Below, piece by piece: positions 14,774 to 25,100 of a stretch of 31,442 bases of DNA (within the stretch, counting starts at the first letter, position 1; each line of letters opens with the position of its first letter). The DNA lies in the NCBI GenBank assembly GCA_050257335.1, contig JBLMWR010000089.1, forward strand, positions 1-31,442. The letters run 5' to 3'. The notes under the pieces are model-generated. The model was given only the letters and a program-made list of their open reading frames with translations, did no database searches and was not told the DNA's origin. Both the position numbers and the translations under genes were made by a program. The stretch is from Deltaproteobacteria bacterium (lineage in GTDB: Bacteria; Planctomycetota; Planctomycetia; Planctomycetales; Planctomycetaceae).

Positions 14774-17602
14774 TCACGCCGCGCGGCCGGCGTGGTCTTC
14801 ATCCTGCGGCGGATCGTCATGAAATTCGGCGATGCGCAGGAACTCAAGCGTGTTTGGGGCTTCGTCAAACTCGTTCGATGACTCAGCGGACAGCAAATCG
14901 ACGGAGCGCGCCCCGCGGTGCCGGGTCATCCAGGTCAAAATCGCCGGTACGGTGATGACCGACACCAGGAGACACGTCCCGACGCCGATTGTCAGCACCA
15001 GTCCCAGGCTGTAGAGGCCGCGGTGGGCGGCGATCATCATGCTGCCGAAGCCGACCATGGTCGTGGTGGCGTTGACGAAAATGGCGTTGATGACACTGGC
15101 GGACGGAGTATAGGGTTCGGACTGCGACTGCGTCCGGAAATCGTGAATCACATGGACCCCGCCATCGACTCCCAGGCCGATGACCAGCGGGAGCACGATC
15201 AGATTGGCCGGGTTCAGGTCGACGTCGAAGAGACCCAGAACGCCGAACATCAGGGCCGTCCCGGCCAGCGGGGGCAACAGGGCCAAAAGACAATCGCGCA
15301 GGTTGCGAAAGTCGATCAGCAGGAAGATGCAGACGGCGATCAGGGCATAGATCCCGGCCGTCTCGTAGCTGTGCTTGATCGCCTTGGAGGCCTCGTAAGT
15401 CTGCAGCGGCGTGCCGGTCGCCTCGGGATCGACCGAGCGCACCTCGGCGATGAACTTTTCGAGGGGCTGGATGTCCCAGATCTGCGACTTGGGATAAACC
15501 TGCAGCAGCCATTTCCCCTGCGGGCTGATGAAGCGCCCCACGAGGGCCGGAGTAAGGTCGGCGGGGCTGACCGGCTCGGACTGGGCGATCGACGCCAGTC
15601 CGTGGAGCCGCCCCAGCAAGTCCGCCGCCAGCCGCGCCTGGTACTCGCGCAAGAGCTGCATCTGTGCCGGCTGGCTCAGCTCCGCAAGGTGATCGAGAAA
15701 GCGGTTGATCGTTTCGCGGGCCCCTCTCGCCGCGGACGAGGGATTCGACGCGAGCGCGGTCTCGATCCGCTCCAGCTCGACGCCGATCATGCTGGGATCG
15801 ACTTCGCGGGACTCCGGCGTGCGGGCCGGGAGCGAGGCCAGCTCGGCCCCGACGGCCTGCACCAGAAGCTGCGTTTCTTCCTCGGGATAATGCGGCAGGA
15901 TCGCCGCGAGTTCTTCGACGTGGTGCACCGTCGGCAGCGCTTCGAATTTCTTTTTCAGCTCGAGGACCTGCTTCGAGCTGTCGGCCAGCGACACGGCGAA
16001 GAGGAGCGAATTGTCGGCCTGATCGAAAATCCGCTTCTGGACTTCCACCGATTCCAGTCCGCTGGCCTGCAGGTGCAGCAGGTTGTAGTCGTATTCGACG
16101 CGCACCCCATAGGCAGCGATGCCGGCGATCGCCAGGCTCGACAGCCCCGTCACCCACACGGGATACTTCGAAGTCAGCGCCCGAAGCCAGCGGCTTTCCA
16201 GCGGCTTGGCGAGCGTATTTCCCGGGCGGCGGCGGTCGGCCACCACCAGGACTGCCGGCAGCACCACGAAGGCGGCCACGGTGCAGAGCAGAATTCCCCC
16301 GCCGGCGATGATCCCCAGCTCGGCGACGCCGGCGAAGTCGGTGAGCACTGCGCAATAAAAGGCGACCGACGACGAAATGGCGGCCGTCAGGATTCCGGGG
16401 CCCACGCTGGTCCCCGTTGCGATGACGGCCGACTGGGCGTCGAGCCCCTCATGCCGGCACTCCAGATACCGGAGCAGATACACCGTGGAATAGTCGATCC
16501 CGATGCCGATCAGCATGGCGGCAAACGACACCGACAGGATATTGAGGTGCCCGACAGCGAGGGTCGTGAAGCCGAATGACCACGCCATGCCGACCAGGAG
16601 GACGAGGTTGCCGAGGATGGGGTAGCGCAGGCCGCGAAAGCCGAGAACCATCAGGGCGGCGACGCCGAGAAACGAGAGGATCGAAGCGTAGAACATGGCC
16701 GTCTGAGACGAGCGCATTTCGTCGCTTTCGAGGACGGGAATGCCGGTCAGCGCCAGGCGCGCCCCGGCGTGCTGCCGGACGACCTCAGCCATCAATTCGC
16801 GCAGGCGGTCGATGGAAGGGGATGAGCCGTTGAAGTCGTTGGCGGTGGTCGTGGGCTGGGTCTTGAGGAACCCCATGGTTCCTTTTTCGTTCATCAGATA
16901 GCGATCGCGAAAAATTGTTTCGAGCTGGGACAGCTCCCCTGGCATCTGCGCCTGCCAGGGAGAATTGAAGCGCCGCTGGTCGCGCGCGTAGGTTTCGAGG
17001 CTCGACGCCAAGAGCGCGGTCTGCTGGACGAGAGGCTCGGTCATCAGGGCGGCGACCTCGGCCGGCTGAGAACCGGCCCGTTCGAGCGTCATCCGCAGCT
17101 CGCGTACGAACGACCGCAGGGTCAACAGGTCGAATTGCTGCAGAAGGGGGCTGAGCTGATCGAGCTGAGACAGGATCATCTGCAGTTGTTCGGGGGACGA
17201 ATACTGCAGCGACTTTTCGCGGAGATGGCTCAGATCGACCTTGTAGAGGACGTTCTTGAACAGGTCCTTTTCGCCCTCGAGCCGCCGGCCCAGGTCGTCG
17301 AGCGTCCGCTTGATCGTCTCGGCATCATCGGCTTCGATGACGACGACCATGTCCTCGGTGACGTCTCCGAATTCCCGCGTATAGTTCATCCACCGCTGGT
17401 GGTACTCGGTGCTGGGGTCGATGAGGTCGGCACGGCTGGTTTTGAAGGCCAGATGATCGCGGGTGTAAAGGGTGCAGAGTGCGGCCAGTCCCAGGCAGAC
17501 GAACAGGGTAAACGCCGGAAAACGGGCCACCGCCACGGTCGTCCAGTGCAGAATCGCTTCGACTGGCGAGCGGCGCGAGCGTTCCGGTGGATGTCCAGAC
17601 AT
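14774..17602 (-). CDS. MMPL/RND-superfamily lipid transporter, HpnN-like (942 aa)
   Basis: Two TM clusters with LNILSVSFAAMLIGIGIDYS and LNPANLIVLPLVIGLGVDGGVH, large periplasmic domains, RLALTGIPVL and ATGTPLQTYE. ATG 17602 chosen over the track start at 17758. Confidence 0.85.
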   Translation of the reverse strand: MSGHPPERSRRSPVEAILHWTTVAVARFPAFTLFVCLGLAALCTLYTRDHLAFKTSRADLIDPSTEYHQRWMNYTREFGDVTEDMVVVIEADDAETIKRTLDDLGRRLEGEKDLFKNVLYKVDLSHLREKSLQYSSPEQLQMILSQLDQLSPLLQQFDLLTLRSFVRELRMTLERAGSQPAEVAALMTEPLVQQTALLASSLETYARDQRRFNSPWQAQMPGELSQLETIFRDRYLMNEKGTMGFLKTQPTTTANDFNGSSPSIDRLRELMAEVVRQHAGARLALTGIPVLESDEMRSSQTAMFYASILSFLGVAALMVLGFRGLRYPILGNLVLLVGMAWSFGFTTLAVGHLNILSVSFAAMLIGIGIDYSTVYLLRYLECRHEGLDAQSAVIATGTSVGPGILTAAISSSVAFYCAVLTDFAGVAELGIIAGGGILLCTVAAFVVLPAVLVVADRRRPGNTLAKPLESRWLRALTSKYPVWVTGLSSLAIAGIAAYGVRVEYDYNLLHLQASGLESVEVQKRIFDQADNSLLFAVSLADSSKQVLELKKKFEALPTVHHVEELAAILPHYPEEETQLLVQAVGAELASLPARTPESREVDPSMIGVELERIETALASNPSSAARGARETINRFLDHLAELSQPAQMQLLREYQARLAADLLGRLHGLASIAQSEPVSPADLTPALVGRFISPQGKWLLQVYPKSQIWDIQPLEKFIAEVRSVDPEATGTPLQTYEASKAIKHSYETAGIYALIAVCIFLLIDFRNLRDCLLALLPPLAGTALMFGVLGLFDVDLNPANLIVLPLVIGLGVDGGVHVIHDFRTQSQSEPYTPSASVINAIFVNATTTMVGFGSMMIAAHRGLYSLGLVLTIGVGTCLLVSVITVPAILTWMTRHRGARSVDLLSAESSNEFDEAPNTLEFLRIAEFHDDPPQDEDHAGRAA

Positions 17603-17874
17603 GAGGAATCCCGCAGGCAATGCGTCAGTTCGACGCGGAGTCTGATCGTGATAATCTACGGAAAAGGCGATGGGCGGGGTGTTTACCAGAATCCCGGCTT
17701 TCTGGCAATCCCGACTCCTGCCTCGGCCCGCAAACCCAACGCAGGACGCAGGTTCCACAGTGAAGCGTCCGTTGGTGAATGCGGGGTCGCGACGTTCGGA
17801 ATGCGACGGTATAATTTGCGGCGTGAGGGGACGGCCGAATCATTCGCTCCACGAAGCGCTCTGCGTCAACCGCC

Positions 17875-19035
17875 ATGGAACCTGATCGCAGCACGAAGGT
17901 CCGCCGCGGGGCGTGGATGCTGGCGGCGACGATCGGCATCGCCGCCGTCATTTTCTGGCTGGTGCGACCCACCTCCCCCCGCGCGGCGCCGGCGCATCCT
18001 GCTGCCGCTTCGCGGGCGGTGCCCGAGGCGGTGCGGGTCGAGCCGGGCGGGCTCATTGTCGTTGCAGGCGATTCGCCCCTTTGCAGGCACCTCGATCAAC
18101 TGCGACTGCGGCCCCAGAAGGTGACGTTTCCGCTGTTGACGGTGAGCGGATCGATCCTGGCGCGAATCAGACCGGGCGGCGAGGCGCTCGAAGACCGCTG
18201 GCAATTCGCCAGCAGCGAACTGGCCGGGAAATACGCCGACTGGCTTCGAACCACCGGCGAAATCGACTTTGCGAGAAACCAGCTCGCGAAGACGAAGGAA
18301 CTGGTGGCGGCCCAGACGGACTACCTGGCCGAAGTGGTCAGGCGCCTGGAGCCGTCGCTCAAAAGCGGCAGCGTCCCAGAGAAGAACTTCAAGGCCGCGC
18401 AGGCGGAACTGCTGAAGGCGCAGTTGCAGGGGGAGAAGGACATCTTCAGCGCCCAATCGACGCTGCGCGTCGCGCTGAAGACGCAAACCGCGCTCGAACG
18501 CGACCTGTCTCAGACGGGGATCGAGGCGGTGGTCTTCGGCCGGGGGGTCGAGCACATGGTTCTGATCGCCGCCAACGTCCCCGAGACTCATGTCTCCCAG
18601 GTCCGTGAAGGCCAGGGCTGCGTGGCCCGTTTCTACGCTTATCCCGCCCGGACGTTCGACGCCCACGTCGAAACCCTCAGCTCGCTCCTCTCCCATGAAC
18701 GCCGGACGCTGCGGGTGCTTTTCGAATTGAGCGATCCGGAGGAAGTGCTCCGCCCCGGCATGTTTGCCGAAGTGGGACTGGGGACTGATGAGCGCGAAGC
18801 GCTGCTCGTCCCGGCCGAGGCCCTGCTGCACGTCAACCTCGACGACTACGTGGTGGTCGCGGCGGGGGATGAGGAATGGAAGCCGGTCAAAGTGCGCGTC
18901 GGCGAACAGCACGACGGCTCATTCGAAGTGCTGCAGGGATTGAGTCCCGCGGACACAGTGATCACGCGCGGGGCGATTCTGCTGAAGCCCGCCGTAATGC
19001 AGGCACTCAGTCGCGCCAGCCAGGGAAAAAAGTGA
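17875..19035 (+). CDS. RND periplasmic adaptor (MFP), CzcB/CusB-like (386 aa)
   Basis: N-terminal TM, coiled hairpin, ANVPETHVSQVREGQ, RTLRVLFEL...LRPGMFAEV and V.VGEQH..FEVLQGL..DTVITRGA. Its stop overlaps the next start (TGATG). Confidence 0.9.
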   Translation: MEPDRSTKVRRGAWMLAATIGIAAVIFWLVRPTSPRAAPAHPAAASRAVPEAVRVEPGGLIVVAGDSPLCRHLDQLRLRPQKVTFPLLTVSGSILARIRPGGEALEDRWQFASSELAGKYADWLRTTGEIDFARNQLAKTKELVAAQTDYLAEVVRRLEPSLKSGSVPEKNFKAAQAELLKAQLQGEKDIFSAQSTLRVALKTQTALERDLSQTGIEAVVFGRGVEHMVLIAANVPETHVSQVREGQGCVARFYAYPARTFDAHVETLSSLLSHERRTLRVLFELSDPEEVLRPGMFAEVGLGTDEREALLVPAEALLHVNLDDYVVVAAGDEEWKPVKVRVGEQHDGSFEVLQGLSPADTVITRGAILLKPAVMQALSRASQGKK

Positions 19036-22000
19036 TGGTTCCGCACCTGATCCGCGAGGCCATCGACCGGCGGCTTCTGGTCGTGCTTCTCAGCCTGGGT
19101 ATGGCCGCCGGGGGCGTCTGGTCCTATACGCAACTCTCCGTCGATGCCTATCCGGACATCTCGCCCCAGGAAGTCTTGATCATAACCGCCTTTCCCGGCC
19201 GTGCTCCGGAGGAAATCGAAAGGCAGGTGACGATCCCCATCGAACTGGCCATGGGCAGCGTTCCGAACGTCGCCAGCATCCGTTCGCGCACAATCTTCGG
19301 CCTGTCGGTGGTGGACCTGATTTTCGACGAAGGGGTCGACAAGTACTTCGCACGGCAGCGGGTTCAGGAACGGCTGGGGGCGGCCAATCTTCCCGAAGGA
19401 GTCTCACCCGAACTGGGCCCGTTGGCGACGGCCTACGGCGAAATTTACCGCTACGAACTCCAGTCGGACGGGACCCGCGATCTGATGGAGCTGCGAAGTC
19501 TGAACGACTGGGTGATCGCGCCGCGCATGCAGCGGACGCCGGGGATCGCCGAGGTCTCCAATTTCGGCGGCTATGAGAAGCAGTACACGCTGAAACTCGA
19601 TCCGCGGCGTCTGGAGCGTTATGGCTTCACGCTGGACGACGTGATCAAGGCCGTGCAGACGAACAACGCCAATGCGGGAGGCAGCGTCCTGCGGCGCGGC
19701 GACATGGCGTTCGTGATCCGCGGCCGGGGACTTTTGCAGAATGAGGACGACATCGAGTCCACGGTGGTGAACACCATCGGAGGCACCCCCGTGTACGTCC
19801 GCGACGTCGCGACCGTGGAGCTCGATTCGCGGGTTCCGTCGGGGATCTTCGGAAAGGACCGGACGTCGGAATCGATCGAGGGCATCGTCCTGATGCGCCG
19901 CGGGGAAAACCCGTCGGCGACGCTGGCGCGGGTCAAGTGGGAGGTTGACGAGCTGAACGCCAGCGTGCTCCCCGCGGGGGTGCGGGTTGTTCCGTTCTAC
20001 GACCGGCAGTACCTGGTGGACAGCACGCTCGAGACCGTCGCGCACAGCGTGCTGACCGGCATCGGACTGGTGCTTCTGGTGCTGTTGGCCTGCCTGGGGA
20101 GTCCGGCCATGGCCCTCCTGGTGGGGTTGACCGTTCCCTTTGCCCTGCTGTTCGCCCTGGTGCTGATGCGATTCACGAATATTCCGATCGGCCTGCTGTC
20201 GATCGGCGCCATCGACTTCGGGATTCTCATGGACGGCGCGGTCTTTATGGCGGATAACGTCGCCCGGCATCTCTCGGCGCTGCCGGCACAGGCTTCGCGG
20301 CGCGGCATCCGCGAAGTGATTCTTGCGGGGGCCCTCGAAGTGCAGCGGCCCATTTTTTTTTCGATGATGATGATCGTCTGCGCCTATCTGCCGCTTTTGA
20401 CGCTGACCAGCATCGAGGGTCTGCTGTTCCGGCCCATGGCTCTCACGGTCATTTTTGCGCTGGTGGGCTCAGTCCTGTTTGCCCTGTTCGTCGTTCCGGG
20501 CCTGGCCACGCTGCTGCTTCACCGGGGATATCGCGACGCGGAGAACCCCCTGTTGCGCTGGTTCCGGCCGCTGTACGGCTCCGTCCTGCGCAACCTGATG
20601 GGGGCGCGGTGGCTGGTCGTCGCCGGCACCGCCCTAGCGGTCGGGGCCGTCTGCTGGTGGATTGTTCCGATGCTCGGATTCGACTTTTTGCCTTATCTCG
20701 ACGAAGGAGTCATCTGGGTCCGCGCCAATTTTCCGGAAGGGACAGCCATCGATCAGACCGCCGAATTTGGCGACCGGATCCGGTCCATCGCCCGCGAATT
20801 TCCCGACGTGACGTTTGCCTCTTCTCAGGCCGGTCGCAACGCCAGCGGAACCGACCCCTTTCCGCCCAGCCGACTGGAAGTGATGATCGGGCTGAAACCG
20901 CGCGACCAGTGGGTCGCCGGCTCGAAGGAGCAGCTTCTCGCCCAGTTAGGTGATCGCCTGCGGAGCGAATTCCCCACGACGCGCTTCAATTTCACGCAAC
21001 CAATCATCGACAGCGTCACCGAAGACACCAACGGAACCTCGGCCAATCTGGCCGTGGAGTTTTCGGGGCCCGAACTGGAGGTGCTGTTGGATCTGGCGCG
21101 GCAGATGGCCGAACTGCTCAAGGGGGTCCGGGGGGCGGTCGACGTGAACATCGAACAGGAAGGACCGCAGCCGCAATTCGTGATCCAGCCCAACCGGGCC
21201 CGTTGCGCGCAATATGACGTGAAGATCGAGGACGTGAATCAGTTGATCAACACGGCCCTCGGCGGCGAACCGATTGCAACGCTGTACGAGGAGGAACGCC
21301 GGTTTGAGATCGTTGCCCGCTTCGACCGGGCGGCGATCACCTCGCCCAGGGCCATCGGCAACCTGCCGGTGTTTACCGACCGCGGCGTCCCCATCCCGCT
21401 GTCGCAGGTAGCCGATTTTTCACTGGCCGACGGTCAGACGATCATCGCGCGGGACAGCGTCCGGCGGCGCATGACGGTGCGCTGCGACATCGTGGGGCGC
21501 GACCAGGGCGGGTTTGTCGCCGACGCCAAACGGCAATTCGCCGGCGCCGTCGCCGTTCCCGAGGGGTACCGCGTGCGCTGGATCGGGATGTTCGAGAACC
21601 TGGAGCGCGCCGGCCGGCACTTCGTGCTCGTGATTCCGGTGACGATCCTGATCATTTACGGGCTCCTCTTTCTCACTTTCCACACGCAGCGCGAAGCGCT
21701 GCTGGTCCTGGTTTCGCTCCCATTCGCCTTCGTCGGCGGTTCCGTCGCCTTGTATGCGCGGGGCATGACGCTGAACGTATCGAGTGGAGTCGGATTTGCC
21801 GCCTTGTTCGGCGTCTCGGCAATGAACGGGGTGCTGATGGTGGAATGGATTTCGCACCTGCGTCGGAAGGGAATGAGGCTGGACGAGGCGATTGTGGAAG
21901 GCGCACTGGCCCGCCTGCGGCCGATCCTGATGACCTCCTCGGTTGCCATTCTGGGGCTCCTGCCGGCGTCGCTGGCCCGGGGACTGGGTTCCGACGTCCA

Positions 22001-22133
22001 GCGCCCCCTGGCGACGGTGATCGTGTGGGGGCTGGTCAGCACGGTCCTGCTCACGCTCTTCGTGATGCCGGTCCTCTACCGAATCTTCGCCCCGCGGACC
22101 GCGGCGGACACTGCTGCAAGGAAGGCCGATTAA
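19035..22133 (+). CDS. Heavy-metal efflux RND permease, CzcA/CusA family, copy 1 (1032 aa)
   Basis: LSVDAYPDISP, PEEIERQVTIPIE, SRTIFGLS, LSIGAIDFGILMDGAVFMADN, GLLFRPMALT, RLRPILMT and GSDVQRPLATV. ATG overlaps the MFP stop. Confidence 0.95.
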   Translation: MVPHLIREAIDRRLLVVLLSLGMAAGGVWSYTQLSVDAYPDISPQEVLIITAFPGRAPEEIERQVTIPIELAMGSVPNVASIRSRTIFGLSVVDLIFDEGVDKYFARQRVQERLGAANLPEGVSPELGPLATAYGEIYRYELQSDGTRDLMELRSLNDWVIAPRMQRTPGIAEVSNFGGYEKQYTLKLDPRRLERYGFTLDDVIKAVQTNNANAGGSVLRRGDMAFVIRGRGLLQNEDDIESTVVNTIGGTPVYVRDVATVELDSRVPSGIFGKDRTSESIEGIVLMRRGENPSATLARVKWEVDELNASVLPAGVRVVPFYDRQYLVDSTLETVAHSVLTGIGLVLLVLLACLGSPAMALLVGLTVPFALLFALVLMRFTNIPIGLLSIGAIDFGILMDGAVFMADNVARHLSALPAQASRRGIREVILAGALEVQRPIFFSMMMIVCAYLPLLTLTSIEGLLFRPMALTVIFALVGSVLFALFVVPGLATLLLHRGYRDAENPLLRWFRPLYGSVLRNLMGARWLVVAGTALAVGAVCWWIVPMLGFDFLPYLDEGVIWVRANFPEGTAIDQTAEFGDRIRSIAREFPDVTFASSQAGRNASGTDPFPPSRLEVMIGLKPRDQWVAGSKEQLLAQLGDRLRSEFPTTRFNFTQPIIDSVTEDTNGTSANLAVEFSGPELEVLLDLARQMAELLKGVRGAVDVNIEQEGPQPQFVIQPNRARCAQYDVKIEDVNQLINTALGGEPIATLYEEERRFEIVARFDRAAITSPRAIGNLPVFTDRGVPIPLSQVADFSLADGQTIIARDSVRRRMTVRCDIVGRDQGGFVADAKRQFAGAVAVPEGYRVRWIGMFENLERAGRHFVLVIPVTILIIYGLLFLTFHTQREALLVLVSLPFAFVGGSVALYARGMTLNVSSGVGFAALFGVSAMNGVLMVEWISHLRRKGMRLDEAIVEGALARLRPILMTSSVAILGLLPASLARGLGSDVQRPLATVIVWGLVSTVLLTLFVMPVLYRIFAPRTAADTAARKAD

Positions 22134-25100
22134 TGCGACAGATGGCCTGTGCCGGCGTGCGGTTCGCGATGGCCGTAGAAGCTGTACAGGACGGGAACGA
22201 GGTTGAAGAAGAGCAGCGTTCCGATCATGCCGCCGACCACGACGATCGCCAGGGGGCGTTGCGATTCCGACCCGATCTTCGTCGAGAAGGCCGCGGGCAG
22301 AAGCCCCAGAATGGCGGTGAGGGCCGTCATGGTCACGGGGCGGATCCGCCTTTCGGTTCCCTTGACGATGGCCTCGAAGACGGGGACACGCACGGCACGC
22401 AGTGAGTTGAACGACGAGACGAGAATCATCCCTTCCATCACGGCCACGCCCAGAATCGAGATGAACCCCACCGCCGCCGAGACGTTGAAGTGCAATCCCG
22501 CCAGCAGCAGCGTCCACAGCCCGCCCAGCGACATGGCGACGACGTTGGCCAGCACGAGAAACGCATCGAGCAGCGAATAGAAGGCCAGATACAGCATGAC
22601 CATAATGAGCACGAGGGCCAGTGAGGCGACGAGCAGCATGCGGCGTTCGGCCTCCTGCATCTGCTGGAACTCGCCGCTCCACGTCGAGCGGTAGGGGGTC
22701 TTCAGCAGCGGGCTGGTGCGGGCCTGCGATTCCTTGACGGTGCTCGCCAGGTCGCGCCCGCGGACGCCGAACTTGACGGCGATCAGGCGTTCTCCCTGTT
22801 CGCGGCTGATGGTGGCGGCCCCCGGTTTGACGAAGCTGCCGTCGGCGCTGCGGTCGCCGTTCTCGTCGCGGGGAGTCACGAGGTCCCCCAGCCGCCGCCG
22901 CGGGACGCGACTGAGGTTGTTGGCGGCGCCGTTAAAGGTGCTGCCGGTGAGCGCGGGCATGGCCAGGCTGGTGCCCAGGGCCGAGAGCCCGGTGGAAGCC
23001 CCGGTGAAAGGCGTCGCCGGGCGGCTGGAGACGGATCCTTCGGTAACGGTATTTTTAACGATGTCGACGGGGATGTCGAGGATGTCATCGGCGCTCTTGC
23101 GCAGCTCCTCGGGCCAGCGCAGGGCGATGTCGAAGCGGCGTTCGCCTTCGAGCATTTCGGTGAAGGGCATGCCTCCGACAGCAGTGGAGATGACGTCTTC
23201 AACGTCGGCCACATTCACCCCCCACAATGCACATTTGGCGCGGTCAATCGGAAATGCCAGGTTCGTCTGTCCCTTGATCCGGAAGATCCCGGGATCGGAA
23301 ACCCCCGAGACCTGGGAAAGCGTATTGCGGAAATCGATCGCCAGGCGTTCGAGCTCATCCAGGTCGGGCCCGATGATCTTGACCGAGTTTTCTCCTTTGA
23401 CGCCCGACAGCGACTCCAGGACGTTGTCTCGGATGATCTGCGAGAAGTCCCAATTGACTCCCGGCACGTGGCGCGAGAGGTCTTCATCGAGGTCTTCGAT
23501 CAGCTCGAATTTCTCGCGTGCTTGCGTTTTCCCGGCCGGAGCCGGCCATTTCGAGCGGGGATTGAGGGGGACGAACAACTGCAGCTCGTAAAACCCGGTC
23601 GGGTCGGTGCCGTCATCGGGGCGCCCGATCTGCGACGCGGCCAGCTTGATCTCGGGGTAGCCGGCCAGCCGTTTGCGGACAAACCGCGCGTTGCGGGCGA
23701 CTTCGTCGATTGACACGTTGACGGGAAACGTTCCGCGGATCACCAGGTTTCCTTCCTCGAGCTCGGGCATGAATTCGCGCCCCATGAAGGGGACCACGAA
23801 GGCCGTGCTGAGAGCGATCACCGAGAAAGCCCCGACGGTCGCCCAGCGGTAGTGCAGGAACAGTCGGAGCTGGGCCATGTACAGCTGTTTGATGGCCCGC
23901 ACGATGAAGTTATCGCCCGCAGGGGCGAGATTCCCGAACAGCATCCCGCACAGAACGGGCGAGATCGTGAAAGCCAGAAGCAGTGCCCCGGCCAGGGCGA
24001 AGGCGTACGTGTCGGCCATGGGCCCGAAAATCTGCCCTTCCGGCCCCTGCATGGTAAACAGCGGCAAGAGGGCGCACACCATGATCAGCGTCGAATAAAA
24101 CAGGCTCCGTTCGACTTCCTTGGCAGCCCGCAAGACGCGGTCTTTGACGTGCAGCTCGACCGCTTCGCCGCTCGTCAGTCTGCGATAGATGTTCTCGACC
24201 ATGATCACCGACGAATCGACGATGATGCCGAAATCCACGGCCCCGATCGACAGCAAATTGGCCGATTTGCCGCGCAGGTAGAGCATGGCGAAGGCGAACA
24301 GAAGCGCCAGGGGAATGTTGATGGCCACGATGAGGGCCGTGCGGACGTTGCTCAGGAACATCAGCAGGATGAGGGTCACGAGGATGACCCCCACGAGCAG
24401 GTTTTCGCGGACGGTCTCGGTGGTGACGTCGATAAGCGTCGAGCGGTTGTAATAGGGTTCGAGGTAGACGCCAGGCAGCAGGCGGCCCGGTTCGTGGTTG
24501 AACGCCCGGACCTTTTCGTGGACCGCCTCGAGGACGGGGAGCGATTTCTCTCCTTTGCGGAGCAGGATGATCCCCTGCACCTTGTCGTCTTCGTCGAGCA
24601 TGACGCGCTGGTTGTTCTGGTCGAGGATTTCCTCGCCGTCGCGGTCGATCAGCGGCTGGATGATTCCGATCCGTCCCTGCCGCGTCTGGTGCCCCACAAT
24701 GACCCCCTCGGTGAGATCGTCCTCCTCGGGACGCACCGGCCCCCCCTTGACGACGTGCTCGACGCGAATCGGGACGCTGTTGGTGGCCGTGATGACGATC
24801 TGGCGGATCTGCCGCACACGGCGCCGGTCTTCGGCGCGCAGGTATGCGGCAGCGGTCGCCGCGTCGGGCATGTTCATCGCCTTGACGATCGGGTCTTCGC
24901 CTCCGCCGATCAGCCCGATCCCGCGGACCACCTGCACGCTCGCTCCCTGGACGACGAAATTTCCGCCGGCGTTGGCGTTGCTGGCCGACACGGCATCTTC
25001 CAGTTGCTGCAGAGTAATGCCGTATTCTTTCAGCCGCTGCGGGTCGGGCTGAATCTCGTAGCGTTTGACGGTCCCGCCGCAGCTCACGACCCCCGCCACG

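Noticed and set aside
18876-19034. N-terminal extension of RND1 in the ORF track
   Set aside because: Overlaps MFP1; the TGATG-coupled ATG at 19035 gives a normal CzcA N-terminus.
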